DNA of 64,000 nt from Felis catus (Eukaryota): positions 32,552,001-32,616,000 of the forward strand of contig NC_058368.1 of the NCBI RefSeq assembly GCF_018350175.1, written 5' to 3'. Position numbers and translations under genes: made by a program. This document shows, piece by piece, positions 12,340-24,405 of the stretch; the first letter of the stretch is position 1, and every line of letters begins with the position of its first letter. The notes under the pieces were generated by a model. The model was not told the origin of the DNA and ran no database searches. It was given only the letters and a program-made list of their open reading frames with translations.

Positions 12340-13245
12340 AGGTGAAACTGTTTTTGTGACTGGGTATGACCAGATAACTTAATATTCTCTAAGAACTCTA
12401 AAAATAGTTCAGGTTTCACCTAGGAACAAAAGAAGAATGAGTATTAAGATTTATAGGTCTTAAGAGTGGAAGATATTTGCTTTATGATAACACCCCATTT
12501 AGTTTCTGCACTTTCAATATAATAAATATTTCCTTCTAATCAGATTTGGGGTAGGCAGGATGCCCCTGGCCCGAGAATTGGCATAAAGCTCCATGAACCA
12601 AAGTGTTTCCTGCTGGAAGTGAGGCCAGTCTGGAAAGGCTATAGACATGCTGGAAGGTACTGAGGCTGAGATGGTAGCTATATGATTAAGAAAAGGGCAG
12701 CTTTGGCTTTATTAAAGAAGCTATTTCAATTAGATGTCTGCAGGAAGATATCTCTGAGGAAATTATGAAGGAGCATCCTGGGAAAATCAATTAGAGCTTT
12801 CCTTAAACCCTAACTACCAATGACAGATAAAGACAATATTAGTCAAGCAGATTATTTCCTGACCTATATCACTCTTCTCTCTTACAGCTGGATCCCTACG
12901 GGAACTAGAGGTAGTCCAATGGGGGATAAGTGGGGGAATAACACAAAGAGGGAAATAAAACAAATCAAGCATGACCTATTCCTTCACTGAAAGTTTTGTA
13001 GCTTGAAGCACTGCCAAGGGAGAGAGTAAATTTTTTTACATGAAGTTTGAGATCTTCATCATTAGAATGAAGTAGAAATTTTATCCAAATTGTAGGGACT
13101 AGTATGTTATCTAAGGGTAAATAAAAGTTATGGGAACTATCAGAACTTTAATTTAAGGAACTATGAAAAACCAGACTCATAAAATGGTTTTGAATGGCTA
13201 TTGGAAAAAAAAAAAAAAAGTAATGCTTTTTATTTGCATCCTATA
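12340..13245. mobile_element. Ancient LTR, possibly MamGypsy-type
   Basis: ~900-bp purine-rich block with gaagtttgag.../aataaaagttatggga motifs recalled from MamGypLTR; termini unclear. Confidence 0.35.
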
Positions 13246-13262
13246 GACCTGCACTCCCTATC

Positions 13263-13481
13263 TCTTTTTTCAAATTTTTTTTTAATGTTTACTTATTATG
13301 GAGCGAGACACAGAGCATGAGTGACAGAGGGGCAGAGAGAGAGGGAGACTCAGAATCTGAAGCAGGATCCAGGTCCTGAGCTGTCAGCACAGAGCCCGAT
13401 GCAGGGCTCGAACTCACAAATTGTGAGATCATGACCTGAGCCAAAGTTGACACTTATCTGACTAAGCCATCCAGGTGCCCC
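13263..13481 (-). mobile_element. Can-SINE
   Basis: SINE body; TSD agacctgcactc / agagctgcactc. Confidence 0.95.
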
Positions 13482-13592
13482 AGAGCTGCACTCTTTCATT
13501 AAATAGCTATATATAGAAAGATACAGAGATACAGATACAGATGATAGATAAATAGGCAATTTTATTTTCGGGAAACAAAAGATGAAACAATT

Positions 13593-13806
13593 AAAAAAAT
13601 TTTTTTAAATGTTTATTTATTTTTGAAAGAGAGAAACAGAGTGTGAGCAGGGGCAGGGGAGGGACAGAGAGAGAGGGAAACAGAGAACCTAAAGTGGGCT
13701 CCAGGCTCCACACTGTCAGCACAGAGCCTGACACAGGGCTCGAACTTGTGAGCTATGAGATCATGACCTGAACTGAAATCTGAAGTCTGATCCAACAAGG
13801 TGCCCC
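13593..13806 (-). mobile_element. Can-SINE with a small deletion in the head
   Basis: SINE body; short TSD aaacaatt. Confidence 0.93.
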
Positions 13807-13859
13807 TAAAACAATTTTTAAATGGATTAACTTAATTGAAAAAAATATCAGCTGAAAAT

Positions 13860-15230
13860 CGTCATGAATTAGACCTTGAATTAAAACTCAGTTAATTTCC
13901 ATAGAAATCAGAGAGAGTAAAGACAAGTTCCTAATCTCAATGTAGTAAAAAGGATACATATCATAAAATAGGGCAAAAACTCTAATTCCAGATATTTAAA
14001 AAAAATAAATCTTAACATTAAAGACAAATATTCTGTCAGAAAAAAATAATAACCAAAATTACAAAATTGCAAAATGTCAAAAAACAAATACAGTGAAATA
14101 CTCATGGGTCAGTATATAAGTGAAGGCCATGCTTTGATGAATTACTTCTCAAAGTAATGCTATATAAAATAAAGTGAAATACCAGTTTAGTAAAAGAGTA
14201 ACAAAATGAAGACTATAATAAAATAATAAAAGTAATAAAGATGAAATTAGAAATTAATAAAATATAAAGTATAAGATTAGATGTTTTTTAACATTTCGTG
14301 AGAAATATAAATGAAATGAAATGGATCTACTTACTAAAGAAACTAGATCTACTTATGGCAATATGTATGATTTTTAATATATGTAATTCTTAAAAATTTC
14401 TCAATATAATTTATAAAAACACAAACTTCAAGATTTTTTTTTACTTCTGGGAAAAGGAGTAAGTTATAAGATACATTTATAATATTTTGGGTTTTTGAAT
14501 TAAGAAGGCAAAATTTCGACATCAGTTTCACTTGAGTAGTGTTGTTACGTATGTTGGTTACATTATTTTATGTGATTTATATGTTACTTAATAACAATAC
14601 ATGTTTCCTCATTAAAATATGAAACAATGAAATCAAAGGAAACTAAATAAATTAAATGAATTTATATCTGCCATTGAAAAGAAAGTTGATAAGTTACAGT
14701 CGCTGCATGAATAAACACTACACACACACAAACACGTGTCTGCTAAAATTGCTAAAGCCAAGGGAAAAACACAGACACTTACATAAGAAAAGCCTACCAA
14801 ATTTTAAGAAGATTACCAGCTGATAGTATTTAACTTTCTCTAGGGCAGGGCATCAGGGAATTAGGAAAGCTTCTAATACCACAATATTCTCCATTATAAC
14901 CTCCCTAAAGAATAGAGGAAGCACAAAAAAGAACTATACAATTCTTATGTATGAATGTTAATTAAAAAAATGGTGAATATTAAAATTACCTGGACAATGG
15001 AATAAAGCAATGAAATAAATGTTCTGGTGTGGATATGAAAGATCTGCAAGTTACTCATGATACACATATTTATGAATGTTTATATACGTATATTAGCACA
15101 CAATAATTTTTCTTGATATATGCAAGGGAGACTAGGAAGAAAATGGAACTTTCATTGTAAACTCCGGTGTACCATTTTTGTTTTGTTCATGTGGCTTTTT
15201 TCTCTGTTAACACATTATTAGCCAACTTTT
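13860..15230 (+). mobile_element. Highly decayed L1M fragments
   Basis: A-rich sense-strand text resembling L1 ORF2 (aaattagaaattaataa; ctaccaaattttaagaag). Confidence 0.35.
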
Positions 15231-16669
15231 AAAAGCTAAAGTATTTCAAATTACCAAGGAAATGCCATGAATTACTAGGATGAAAGTGACAAGGAAACAG
15301 GCTGAATCAATCAAGAGAGGACTCTAAGTATATATCTTTCTCAGGGTAATATAAGTGGAGTTAAATTCAAAAAGACTCTTTTGAGCATATTTAATTGGTT
15401 AAATTTGGGTGTAGTATCAACAAATGAACACACCTGGACTATTTTTTCTTGATTCTGTTCTAAGAAAATCTATGAACAATCATCTGCACCATCTGCTGTC
15501 GACCATCTGTTGAGGGAAAGGAGTGGACACACTGGTGTTATATTTGTTTAACAAAACACTATTTTAAAAATACTACAGAGCTAGCAAACACATGGAGGAA
15601 AGAAAGTTTAGAGAAATGCTACCTTTGGCAAAAAGAAAAGAGAATAACTCTAATCAGAATAATCTGCAAAGCTATCTATGACCTAACTTTTCAAAAAATA
15701 ATTGACAGGTAAAAAAAATTGAGTCAATTTATCAATGGAAGATTTTCAGAAAGTTTTATTTTTCAAATAACTGGTACATTTAAAAGATAGCTATAATGCA
15801 ACTGTATTTATCTAAAAAATACTACTAAAAGTAGTATTTTAGGAAATTAACTTTTATCAACTAAATCATAAAATTTTAAATTATATCAATTCATTTTACT
15901 TTCTGTTCAAAATAGATTCATATGCTTTGTTTTAACTAAGAGGAAAAAATATATGAAAGAATGGATAATGATGGAGAATTTTACCAGCTGTTTCCACTGA
16001 CTGAAGAAAAAAGTAAATTTAACCAATGCCTTTTCTACAAATGAGAACGTTCCAACAATATACTATTTTAGTACTTCGAAACATACAAAAAAATTGTCCT
16101 CTAATAAGTGAGAGACTTAAAAAGTCTTTACTTTTTAAGAGAAAGTGATATTTATAATTTGATTATCTATTGAAAATATGTAATAATTTTCTATACTGTT
16201 GGTTTCCTAAATTTTAGGAAAAATTTTAGACAACTTCAGATGATTTACATTACATTACAGAATTTGATAATACACAAGGACCATGAGGAGAAAATGAAAT
16301 TTTTCTTTTAAAAGGATAAAAGGATGACAGTATATTATTTCTTAAAACATTTATATATCTTTCTTTAAACCATATACTTCTTAAAAGAAGTAAATTTTTT
16401 TTCAAAAAGAAAGATAATTGGAGAGCAACAGTCTTCAAATTTTTAGTTTTAAAAACAGACAACAACTCATTTAAATAGTATCTTCAGTAGGACTCTAGTA
16501 TATAAAATTTTATAAAACTTGAGTCAGCCTGGCCTCTCATTTGACTAGAGAGAGTCTCTAAGGACATCACTTCAAAACTAGTATGATTAATAAATTGGGC
16601 AGATCAGGTAACTGAAATTTGCTGTTTAACTTTAAAGTCTACTTATTATTTTTACAATTTATTTTTTCT

Positions 16670-17260
16670 TATCCCCATCACTTTCCCAGCCACAGAAATG
16701 TGATTTCTAATCCAAACACTCCAGTACAACTCTTCTGAATAGTGTCATGGATGACCACCTAGTGGCCATTTCCTGGGCATTCTTCACTTCTCTTTTTATT
16801 TGTCATGTTTATGATATCTGAAAGTGTTTTTTATGTAAGAATTTTAAAACTTTTCTTCCTGTTTCCTTTTCACTCTAAGGTCATGATTTATCCCTCCCTT
16901 TGTGTTAGCTTTAATCTTTATGGTTGGGTCTACTTTCTTTTTTCACATCTGATAACAACCTAAATTCACAGGAACCCATCCTTAAACCCTTTCCCTCTTA
17001 ACTCTACGAACTCAGGGTATATTTTCAACCCTATTTATGTCTGTTTATAACCATCTTTATTCTGATGACTATAATTCTGCAGTCTATGAGAGGTCTCAAC
17101 ATAAATATATCATGGCAACTCTAATTCAACTGAATAAATTCAACTGTATTTATTATACACTCCTGAAAATTTGTTCTCTTACACATTTCATTTCACTTCA
17201 ATAAAAAGCTACATCTTCCATTTGCATAAGTGTTTTCTCATTAACCTATGCATTTGTTTG
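16670..17260 (+). mobile_element. L2 fragment
   Basis: gatgaccacctagtggcca...; ataaccatctttattctgatgact is typical L2 ORF2 sense text. Confidence 0.5.
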
Positions 17261-17337
17261 TGTGCTTCCCTTTATCAGTGTTTTTGTTGTTTTTTTTAAA
17301 TAAAAATATAATTTAAAAAATTAAAAAATTATAAGTA

Positions 17338-17553
17338 GGGGCACCTGGGTGACTCAGTCAGTTGAGCCCCTGACTTCAGCTCAGGTCATGATCCCATAGC
17401 TCTTGAGTTTGAGACCCATGTCAAGCCCTGTGCTGACAGCTCAGAGCCTGGGGCCTGCTTTGGATTCTGTGTCTCCCTCTCTTTATGACCCTCCCCTGCT
17501 TGTGCTCTGTCTCTGTCTCTCAAAAATAAATAAGCATTAAAAAATGTTTTTAA
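17338..17553 (+). mobile_element. Can-SINE
   Basis: ggggcacctgggtgactcag head, CT linker, A-rich tail. Confidence 0.95.
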
Positions 17554-17569
17554 TGGTAAGTAAAACTCT

Positions 17570-18299
17570 CATGATCCTAGATTTGATTAGGAAATATCAG
17601 AATGAACTTATGATATATTTTAATAAGAATAATTATTTACTCTTTACTGAAAAGGCATAGTAATCCTGTAGCCATGATAATCCCTAGTGTCTTAATTATG
17701 GTGCCCCAAACCATTTTCTATTAAAAGAAGTCAGGAGTCCTAATAGAAATGGCAGATAACTACACCAAGACAGAACATTTAGAAGATGGATCTGGAATAT
17801 GATCATACAGTAAGGTAAACAAGTCATAAAAAAAGAAAGAAAGAAAAGAAAACTACTGCAATCATGTCTAAAGAAAGCAAGAAATTCTAAGAGACTCACA
17901 TAGGTAAAAAATGAGATTCTTTTCAATAACAATAGTAACTGCAATGTATGGAACCATAATACATTAATTATGTTTGCAATGATTCAGAAACAAACAAAAT
18001 AAAGCCTCTTTAGTCACTTTTAGGCAATGATAGTGATGTTACCAGATATTTTGAATACAGATAAAGATTGTGGTGGTGGAGATTCAGACATTAATCTTCC
18101 TTCATTGTAAGAAACTTACTTCAAGGTCAAACAAGAGTTAATAAAGATTTTCTCCCTCTAGAAATAGTCTAGCTAATAAGTGAAAGGGGAATGATATTAG
18201 AATATTTTCTCTTTAAAAAAATTTTTTTAAAATAATATTTTCACTTTACAATCCCTAATGAAACAATTGTGCCATGCAATGATGAATAGTGACTACCTA
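17570..18299 (+). mobile_element. L1MC4-like 3' UTR, part 1
   Basis: ccattttctattaaaagaagtcaggagtcc...gaaatggcagat...gatggatctggaatat matches recalled L1MC 3' end. Confidence 0.7.
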
Positions 18300-18624
18300 T
18301 GAGGTAGGAGGGAAGGAAAGCTTAGGACACAAGTTGAGCAAAGTAAAGCCATTTTGTTTTTAGCCTGACCCTTAACCTAAAAGTTAGCAGGTCATACAAA
18401 GAGTCACAAGATGTGACTCATGATAAACTACAAGACACTCCCTCCAGTAGTAAAAGCCATTCAGGCTGGACATTCTTAAAATTGCTCCTTGTGAGTAATT
18501 ACACAGCCCTGAGACACTGGAAAATATAACCACCCAATGTGAATGATAAACCCAAAGTTAAAGAGTAAGCCCCTCCATATAAGGTTACATAATTAAAAAA
18601 AACACAAAACAAAAACTTAGATTA

Positions 18625-19320
18625 GGGCATCTGGGTGGCTCAGTCATTAAGCCTCCATCTCTTGATTTCAGCTCAGGTCAAGATATCATGAGTTTGTGAG
18701 ACTGAGCCCCATGTCAGGCTCTGTGCTGGCAGCAGGAAGCCTGCTTGGGATTCTATCTCTCCCTCTCTCTCTCTCCCCTCCCTTGCTTGCATTCACATGT
18801 GAGTATGTTTATTTATTGTGGGGAAATAGGTTCTATTTACATAAATGGGTTAGAAAACAACTTAGGGCGGAAAGCCACCACCACAGGGCAAAACATTTGA
18901 GGATAGCTGGTGATATATTATAATAGGATCACTAATAACTTGTCATATCACTTGCCAGAAATTACTTTCCATCTGACGCCAATATACTATTGTGCTTTGA
19001 TCACAAACTCCACTTGTTCCCCAGACCTTACTTCTTACACATACAAGTTAATGATTACTTTCTGATTATTTTCTCCACGTCATATGTGTGAGATCTTGTT
19101 TTCTTCACGTTCACCACGTGGGTAGTATCTTGTGAGCTCAAAAAATATGGTGCTAAAACTGCTGTTTGGGGCTCTTGTCTCCTCCTGGACATTAGCCTCT
19201 CTCATATTCAATTCTGTGTCTGTGCTCTTGCTGGATAAGAAAGAACTCCAGACTCATAGTCTGTGACAATTTATCTCAAAATAAATAAATAAATAAAAAT
19301 GAATAAACATAAAAAAAAAA
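18625..19320 (+). mobile_element. Older Can-SINE split by an LTR insertion
   Basis: Head and CT linker at 18625-18816; tail ctcaaaataaataaat...aaaa resumes at 19275. Confidence 0.9.
18817..19268 (+). mobile_element. Solo LTR with 6-bp TSD (class II/ERVK-like)
   Basis: TGTGGGGAAA...CTGTGACA, 452 bp; perfect TSD atttat at 18811-18816 and 19269-19274. Strand inferred from the 5' motif. Confidence 0.85.
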
Positions 19321-19546
19321 CAACTTCTAAAATCCTCCCTTAGAGGCAAAGTGTGGTCCTGTTTCTTACCTGGGAGGAGAGACAGCTACTTTGTGAAGTA
19401 GCTCCTTTCTTACTTCTATACTTAATAAATCTCTGTCCCTTTTTCTAAATGGCTTACCCTTGAATTCTTTGTCATACAAGCCAAGAATCCTCTTGGCAAG
19501 GGGCCCTGAGGACCTCCCTCTCTGTGTCTTGGCCTGTCCAGTATCA

Positions 19547-20180
19547 ATTATGTCACATAAACAGAGAAAATTCAACATTGTATAATGTCTTCTTAAGTGC
19601 ATAAATAAATCACATCAGAATCTGATAAAGTCTCAAGATCTAATTGCCAGGAAATCGAAAGCAAAAGGCCAGAGAAACATTTTAAATAAAACCATGAGCA
19701 TGCAAAATCCAGAAAGTGAGAATGGCATAACTATATTATTTTACAGATAAATTGCAAAGAGAAAAAGTAGAGGGAAAGGAAATGGCTATTAATAAGAGAC
19801 TTCAGATATGAAAAAAATAAAAATATATACTTTGTAACTTTCTTAAATCCATCAAATAAACTGTAAAAAACAGAGACAATGAAAGAGATTTGAATACTTA
19901 CTAGATCTTTCATGACAGTAAAGAATTATTTCTTTACATATGATAAAGATATTTTGATACCATAATGTAATACATATATTTTAAACATAATGAAGTATTT
20001 CTATTGATTATGTGTTAATATGTGTGAGATTTATTTAAAATAACCTAGGAGAGGTAAGTGAATGAGAGTTTAAATTAAACAACACTGTCCATGGTTTGAC
20101 TATTGAAGCTGGGGAATAAAAACATACACGTTCATTTGATCACTATTCATGGGGTTTTCTTGAATTTTTCACTAACGTTT
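19547..20180 (+). mobile_element. L1MC4-like 3' UTR, part 2
   Basis: aatctgataaagtctcaagatcta...taagagacttcagata...ttgaatttttc continues the L1MC 3' end. Confidence 0.65.
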
Positions 20181-20195
20181 AAAAGTACTATTCTA

Positions 20196-20417
20196 GGGGC
20201 GCCTGGGTGGCTCAGTTGATTAAGCGTCCGACTTCGGCTCAGGTCACGATCTCACGGTCCGTGAGTTCGAGCCCCGTGTCGGGCTCTGGGCTGATGGCTC
20301 AGAGCCTGGAGCCTGCTTCCAATTCTGTGTCTCCCTCTCTCTCTGCCCCTCCCCCGTTCATGCTCTGTCTCTCTCTGTCTCAAAAATAAATAAACGTTAA
20401 AAAAAAATTAAAAAAAA
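20196..20417 (+). mobile_element. Young Can-SINE (SINEC_Fc)
   Basis: Perfect 16-bp TSD taaaagtactattcta at 20180-20195 and 20418-20433; CpG-rich. Confidence 0.98.
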
Positions 20418-20623
20418 TAAAAGTACTATTCTATACAAAGAGACTAGAAACATTTAGAGGTATAGGAAAAATACTTTAAACATTTTATATATGTTCAGAT
20501 AGATTTGAGAGGATATTATACCCCAAAAAACAGTAACAGTATAATAAAAAAGAAAAATCAGAAAATGAAGCAGTTTCTGATAACTTTTTTTTTCAAAACA
20601 TGATTTTGAAATTAAAAATAAAA

Positions 20624-20791
20624 GGGGTTGCCTGAGTGACTCAGTCAGTTAAGTGTCTGACTTCAGCTCAGGTCATGAACTCATGGTTCATGATTTCGAG
20701 GCCTGCATTGGGCTCTGTGCTGACAGCTCAGAGCCTGGAGCTTGCTTCAGATGCTGTGTCTCCCTCTCTCTCTATTCCTCCCCCACTCTCA

Positions 20792-20831
<40 letters not shown>

Positions 20832-20880
20832 AAAATAAATAATATTAAAATAAATAAATACATAAGAGGAAAGAAAGAAA
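20624..20880 (+). mobile_element. Can-SINE
   Basis: SINE body with long (CT)n; TSD taaaaataaaag. Confidence 0.95.
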
Positions 20881-21329
20881 TAAAAATAAAAGAAAAAAAA
20901 ACATCTTGTTTTGACTGGGCAATTTAAAGTACAGCCCAAACAATAAGACTTGTTATTCATAAGGTAAATTGAGGAAACTGTGCAAATGTAGAAAAACTTT
21001 AAAATGCATTGAATATATTATTTAAAAAAATAAAAATAAAAACAAGTCCAAGAGATTCATCATTCATGCTATCAGAATTCTAAAACAATAATTAAATGCA
21101 GGGGATACAAGGAGGGGTGGGTTATCAAAGAATCAAAACAAGAAATTTTCCAGAGTTGATGTTTCCCATTTTTTATGTCCCATTTTTATGTGGCTCTAAC
21201 TCTAAATGAAAAATATCTATCTGCACATGAATGAACCATTGTCACCTGAACCCCAATAAAACCTAAAATGGAGTTGTATTCATGCAAAAACATATTAACA
21301 AATCTTACATCAAGTCCACTGTTTGTGAG

Positions 21330-21790
21330 TATGAGTTCCAGTCATTTCAAATATGATTCAAAATTTTCTAAGCTCTGTACCCTTGGAAAAATAATTTTAT
21401 ACCTCTGAGTCTCAGATGTAAATAAAGAATATTTACAGAACCTTTCTCATAGAGTTCCTGTAAATTTTAAATGTAAGAATTCATGTTGAGGAGGCTGGGT
21501 GGCCCAGTCGGTTGAGCATCCAACTTTGGCTCAGGTCATGATCTCACAGTTCTTGAGTTTGAGCCCCACGTCAGACTCTGTGCTGACAGCCCGGAGCCTG
21601 GAGCCTGCTTCGAAGTCTGTGTGTCCCTCTCTCTCTGTCCCTCTCCCACTCTCTCTCTGTCTCTTTCTCTTTTAAGAATAAATAAATATTTAAAAAATTT
21701 AAATGTAGAATGCATGTAAAATCAATAGCACAGATTCTAGCACATATAAAGAGAATACTATAGTTATTGTTCTGTTGCAGTAATATTATT
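21330..21790 (+). mobile_element. MIR interrupted by a Can-SINE
   Basis: acctctgagtctcagatgtaaaata...ctcatagagttcctgt...[SINE]...atgcatgtaaaatcaatagcacag. Confidence 0.6.
21488..21697 (+). mobile_element. Can-SINE
   Basis: Degenerate TSD tttaaatgta(a)gaat.catgt on both sides. Confidence 0.95.
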
Positions 21791-22431
21791 ATTAATATTA
21801 ACATCATCATTATCATTTTTACAGTTCTTTGCTGATTTCAGGTCTTTCTATCATCCATCTGGTAATCAAGATTTAAAAATTAAGGTTTCTTGAACTTCTT
21901 CGTTTAACAAAATGTTCCCATTCCGTAAATTACCAAGCCCATTTTATTTGTTTGTTTCCATGGCTACATTCACAGTCTTATCCAGTGCTCTTCCCATAAT
22001 TTTTATAAATTATTGCCATTTTTAAACTGATACCATTGACTCCAGTCTTGAGGATTTTATATATTCATGGGTTTCCCAGTAATTTCTACCTCAACATTAG
22101 TGTTTACTGGATTCCTCTACATGTGAAAATCTAACCAATATTACAGTCAATGCAGTTAGTAAAAATTGGTATGAACATTTACACCATCTTATATTTGTAC
22201 CGTTACTGTTTCTCCTTAGAATACTAACTTTGATTTTTCTTTTGTCATTCCCTTTTCACTTCTGTTCATCTTATTAACTTCAAGGAATGCTTCAGTCACC
22301 TTCTCTGTCAAGTCTTTTAAAGACATCATCTAACTTTCCTAAACTGCATTAATGCTTCTCTCTAATCCAATAGCATTTACAATCCCATCTTATTATAATT
22401 ACTATATCATGACTGCCTGTGTACTTACCTG

Positions 22432-22561
22432 AGTCTTAAATATCTCAGAAACACATCAGCTCATATAATATGCTGCATGAAGTAGAAACCTAGTAAAGTC
22501 TTAAATATCTCAGAAATACATCAGCTCATATAATATGCTGCATGAAGTAGAAACCTAGTAA
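22432..22561. repeat. 65-bp tandem duplication
   Basis: 22432-22496 vs 22497-22561, one mismatch (acacatc/atacatc). Confidence 0.95.
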
Positions 22562-22949
22562 ATATTTGTTAAACTTAATTTGTTAAAATTACTAAGAATT
22601 ATTACAGTAAAGATTAAATGCAAGGAACACTTTTATGAAAGGCAAAACTGGGTTAAATATAAAACTTATGGCAGAAAAGAACACTAAAAACACGTTGGAA
22701 TCCAAGGAGATAAAGTGGGGAAGTGATAAACAAATCCAGAGTGGCAAGAAGGAAAGAAACAGAACGAAAATATCAAACAAAGAAAATATTAACTAAAATG
22801 TGTAATGAGGAAAAAGGAAATTATGTTTCCTCCACATGACAAGTGTGACAGATTTTTTACTTCTACAGATTTCTCCTATTGATACGCCAAGGATGATCCT
22901 GTTTGGGGTTATTATAAACCTGGAAATAGGAATTCCTGCCAGGTAATGT

Positions 22950-23400
22950 ATCAACAGTGAGGTAAAACCACAGAACATTTTACTTTTTGTTTTCCCATAG
23001 TTATATAGATTCAGACTGTGAATTTTATGCAAAATTATAAAATGTTAGTGAGTTAATGAATTATGGAAGAGGTTTCACTGTATATGCCAACCATTATAGT
23101 CTATTGAATTTCATTAAACATAAAAGTAAGTTCCTACAAATGCACTTAAAGGTGTACTGAAAAATAAGTCAAAATGATCTGAAAAAAAAAACAGGTTAAA
23201 TTATTTAAAGAGAAAATATATTTAGTTGAAAGCATTCTCTTCTCATAAGATTGGGCATTCTAACTAATTTCAACAGACAATTTTATTCCCTAGAAGATTT
23301 ATGAACAGTAACTTCATTGAATTTGGAGGTGATACTAAATTGGAAGATCGCATAAATAGTACTGATAGGAAAATACTATATAAAACAATCAATTATATAG
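22950..23400 (+). mobile_element. L3/CR1 LINE fragment
   Basis: 23322-23342 translates FGGDTKL, a decayed CR1 RT FADDTKL motif. Confidence 0.45.
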
Positions 23401-24051
23401 ATATCTACAGCTTCCAGGACCACGGTTCTTAGACATAAAATATGCAGGTGTACCGGAAGGTGGTGTGCTCAATTCTTTGAAACTTGAGCGTCCCATTTCG
23501 TTAGCTAAGCTTTGGATCTTGTAGAGCAAATTAATACCTAAGAGGGATATGGCACGACATTGGGGATTTTGAGGTGTTTTACAGTATACCTCATTGCACA
23601 GAAATTTTCTTAACTTTGACAGATGACCGAGCGTCAGTCTGGCCAGTTCCGTGACTTTCAGAGGTAGACAGAAAGTGTTCTAGCAGCTTTTGAGTGCTCG
23701 ACCCTGCCCACCAATTTTGTGGCTTTGGCTTCTGAGATTCCCATTAGCAATGGATCTATGAAGCCTTTCAGATTTCTTTTTAGTGGCAGACACCCCCCTG
23801 ATTTTCAATAGTGTAACCTGTGACTACTTGGATTTTGATTTCGATGGTCTAAATAATCTGAACTTTTTGTTTTAATTTATTTCCCCAAATCTCCCAGTGG
23901 TTTATGCTATGGACTGCCCTGAAGGCATTGTGAGCTCCCTAACAGCTGCCAACATTGCAGACTCCCAATATAACTACCCTAGAAACTTTCCAACTTTCTG
24001 GAGACTTTAGTAAACTCCAGAAACTTTGCAGGACCTAGAACTTTTCTGGGA

Positions 24052-24062
24052 ACACACACGCG

Positions 24063-24106
<44 letters not shown>

Positions 24107-24122
24107 CACACATGTGCACGCA
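24052..24122. repeat. (CA)n/(CG)n purine-pyrimidine alternating tract
   Basis: acacacacgcgcacgcgcgcgcacacaca... Confidence 0.95.
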
Positions 24123-24405
24123 TTTTTTAAAAATAAAGTTTGAATTGGAGAATTGCATGCAAGGGAGCAGAGCTCAAATCCGAGAATGACTTACCCATAA
24201 CCCTCGGTAATGACCACAGAAAAAGTAACAAAGGATTCAGCAGGTTCCTCACCTGTGCATCTCATTATCTCATAGGACATTAGCAGTCAGCTTTGGATCT
24301 TATCATCAAAAACTGTGAAAAATGATTAAAGAAACAATTTAGGAGATACAAACAACTTCAACACTTCATGAAGTAGGGAAAATTCTTTCAGAGAACTCAA
24401 AACAG

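Larger units (their letters stand above)
18300..19546 (+). mobile_element. ERV1-type solo LTR interrupted by a SINE and a second LTR
   Basis: TG(aggtagg)...(gtat)CA termini; aataaa ~19424 then ttgaattcttt...aagccaagaatcctctt U5 text. Confidence 0.75.

Noticed and set aside
20196..20280. tRNA-like A/B-box sequence at SINE heads
   Set aside because: Part of the tRNA-derived SINE, followed by CT linker and A-tail; not a tRNA gene.
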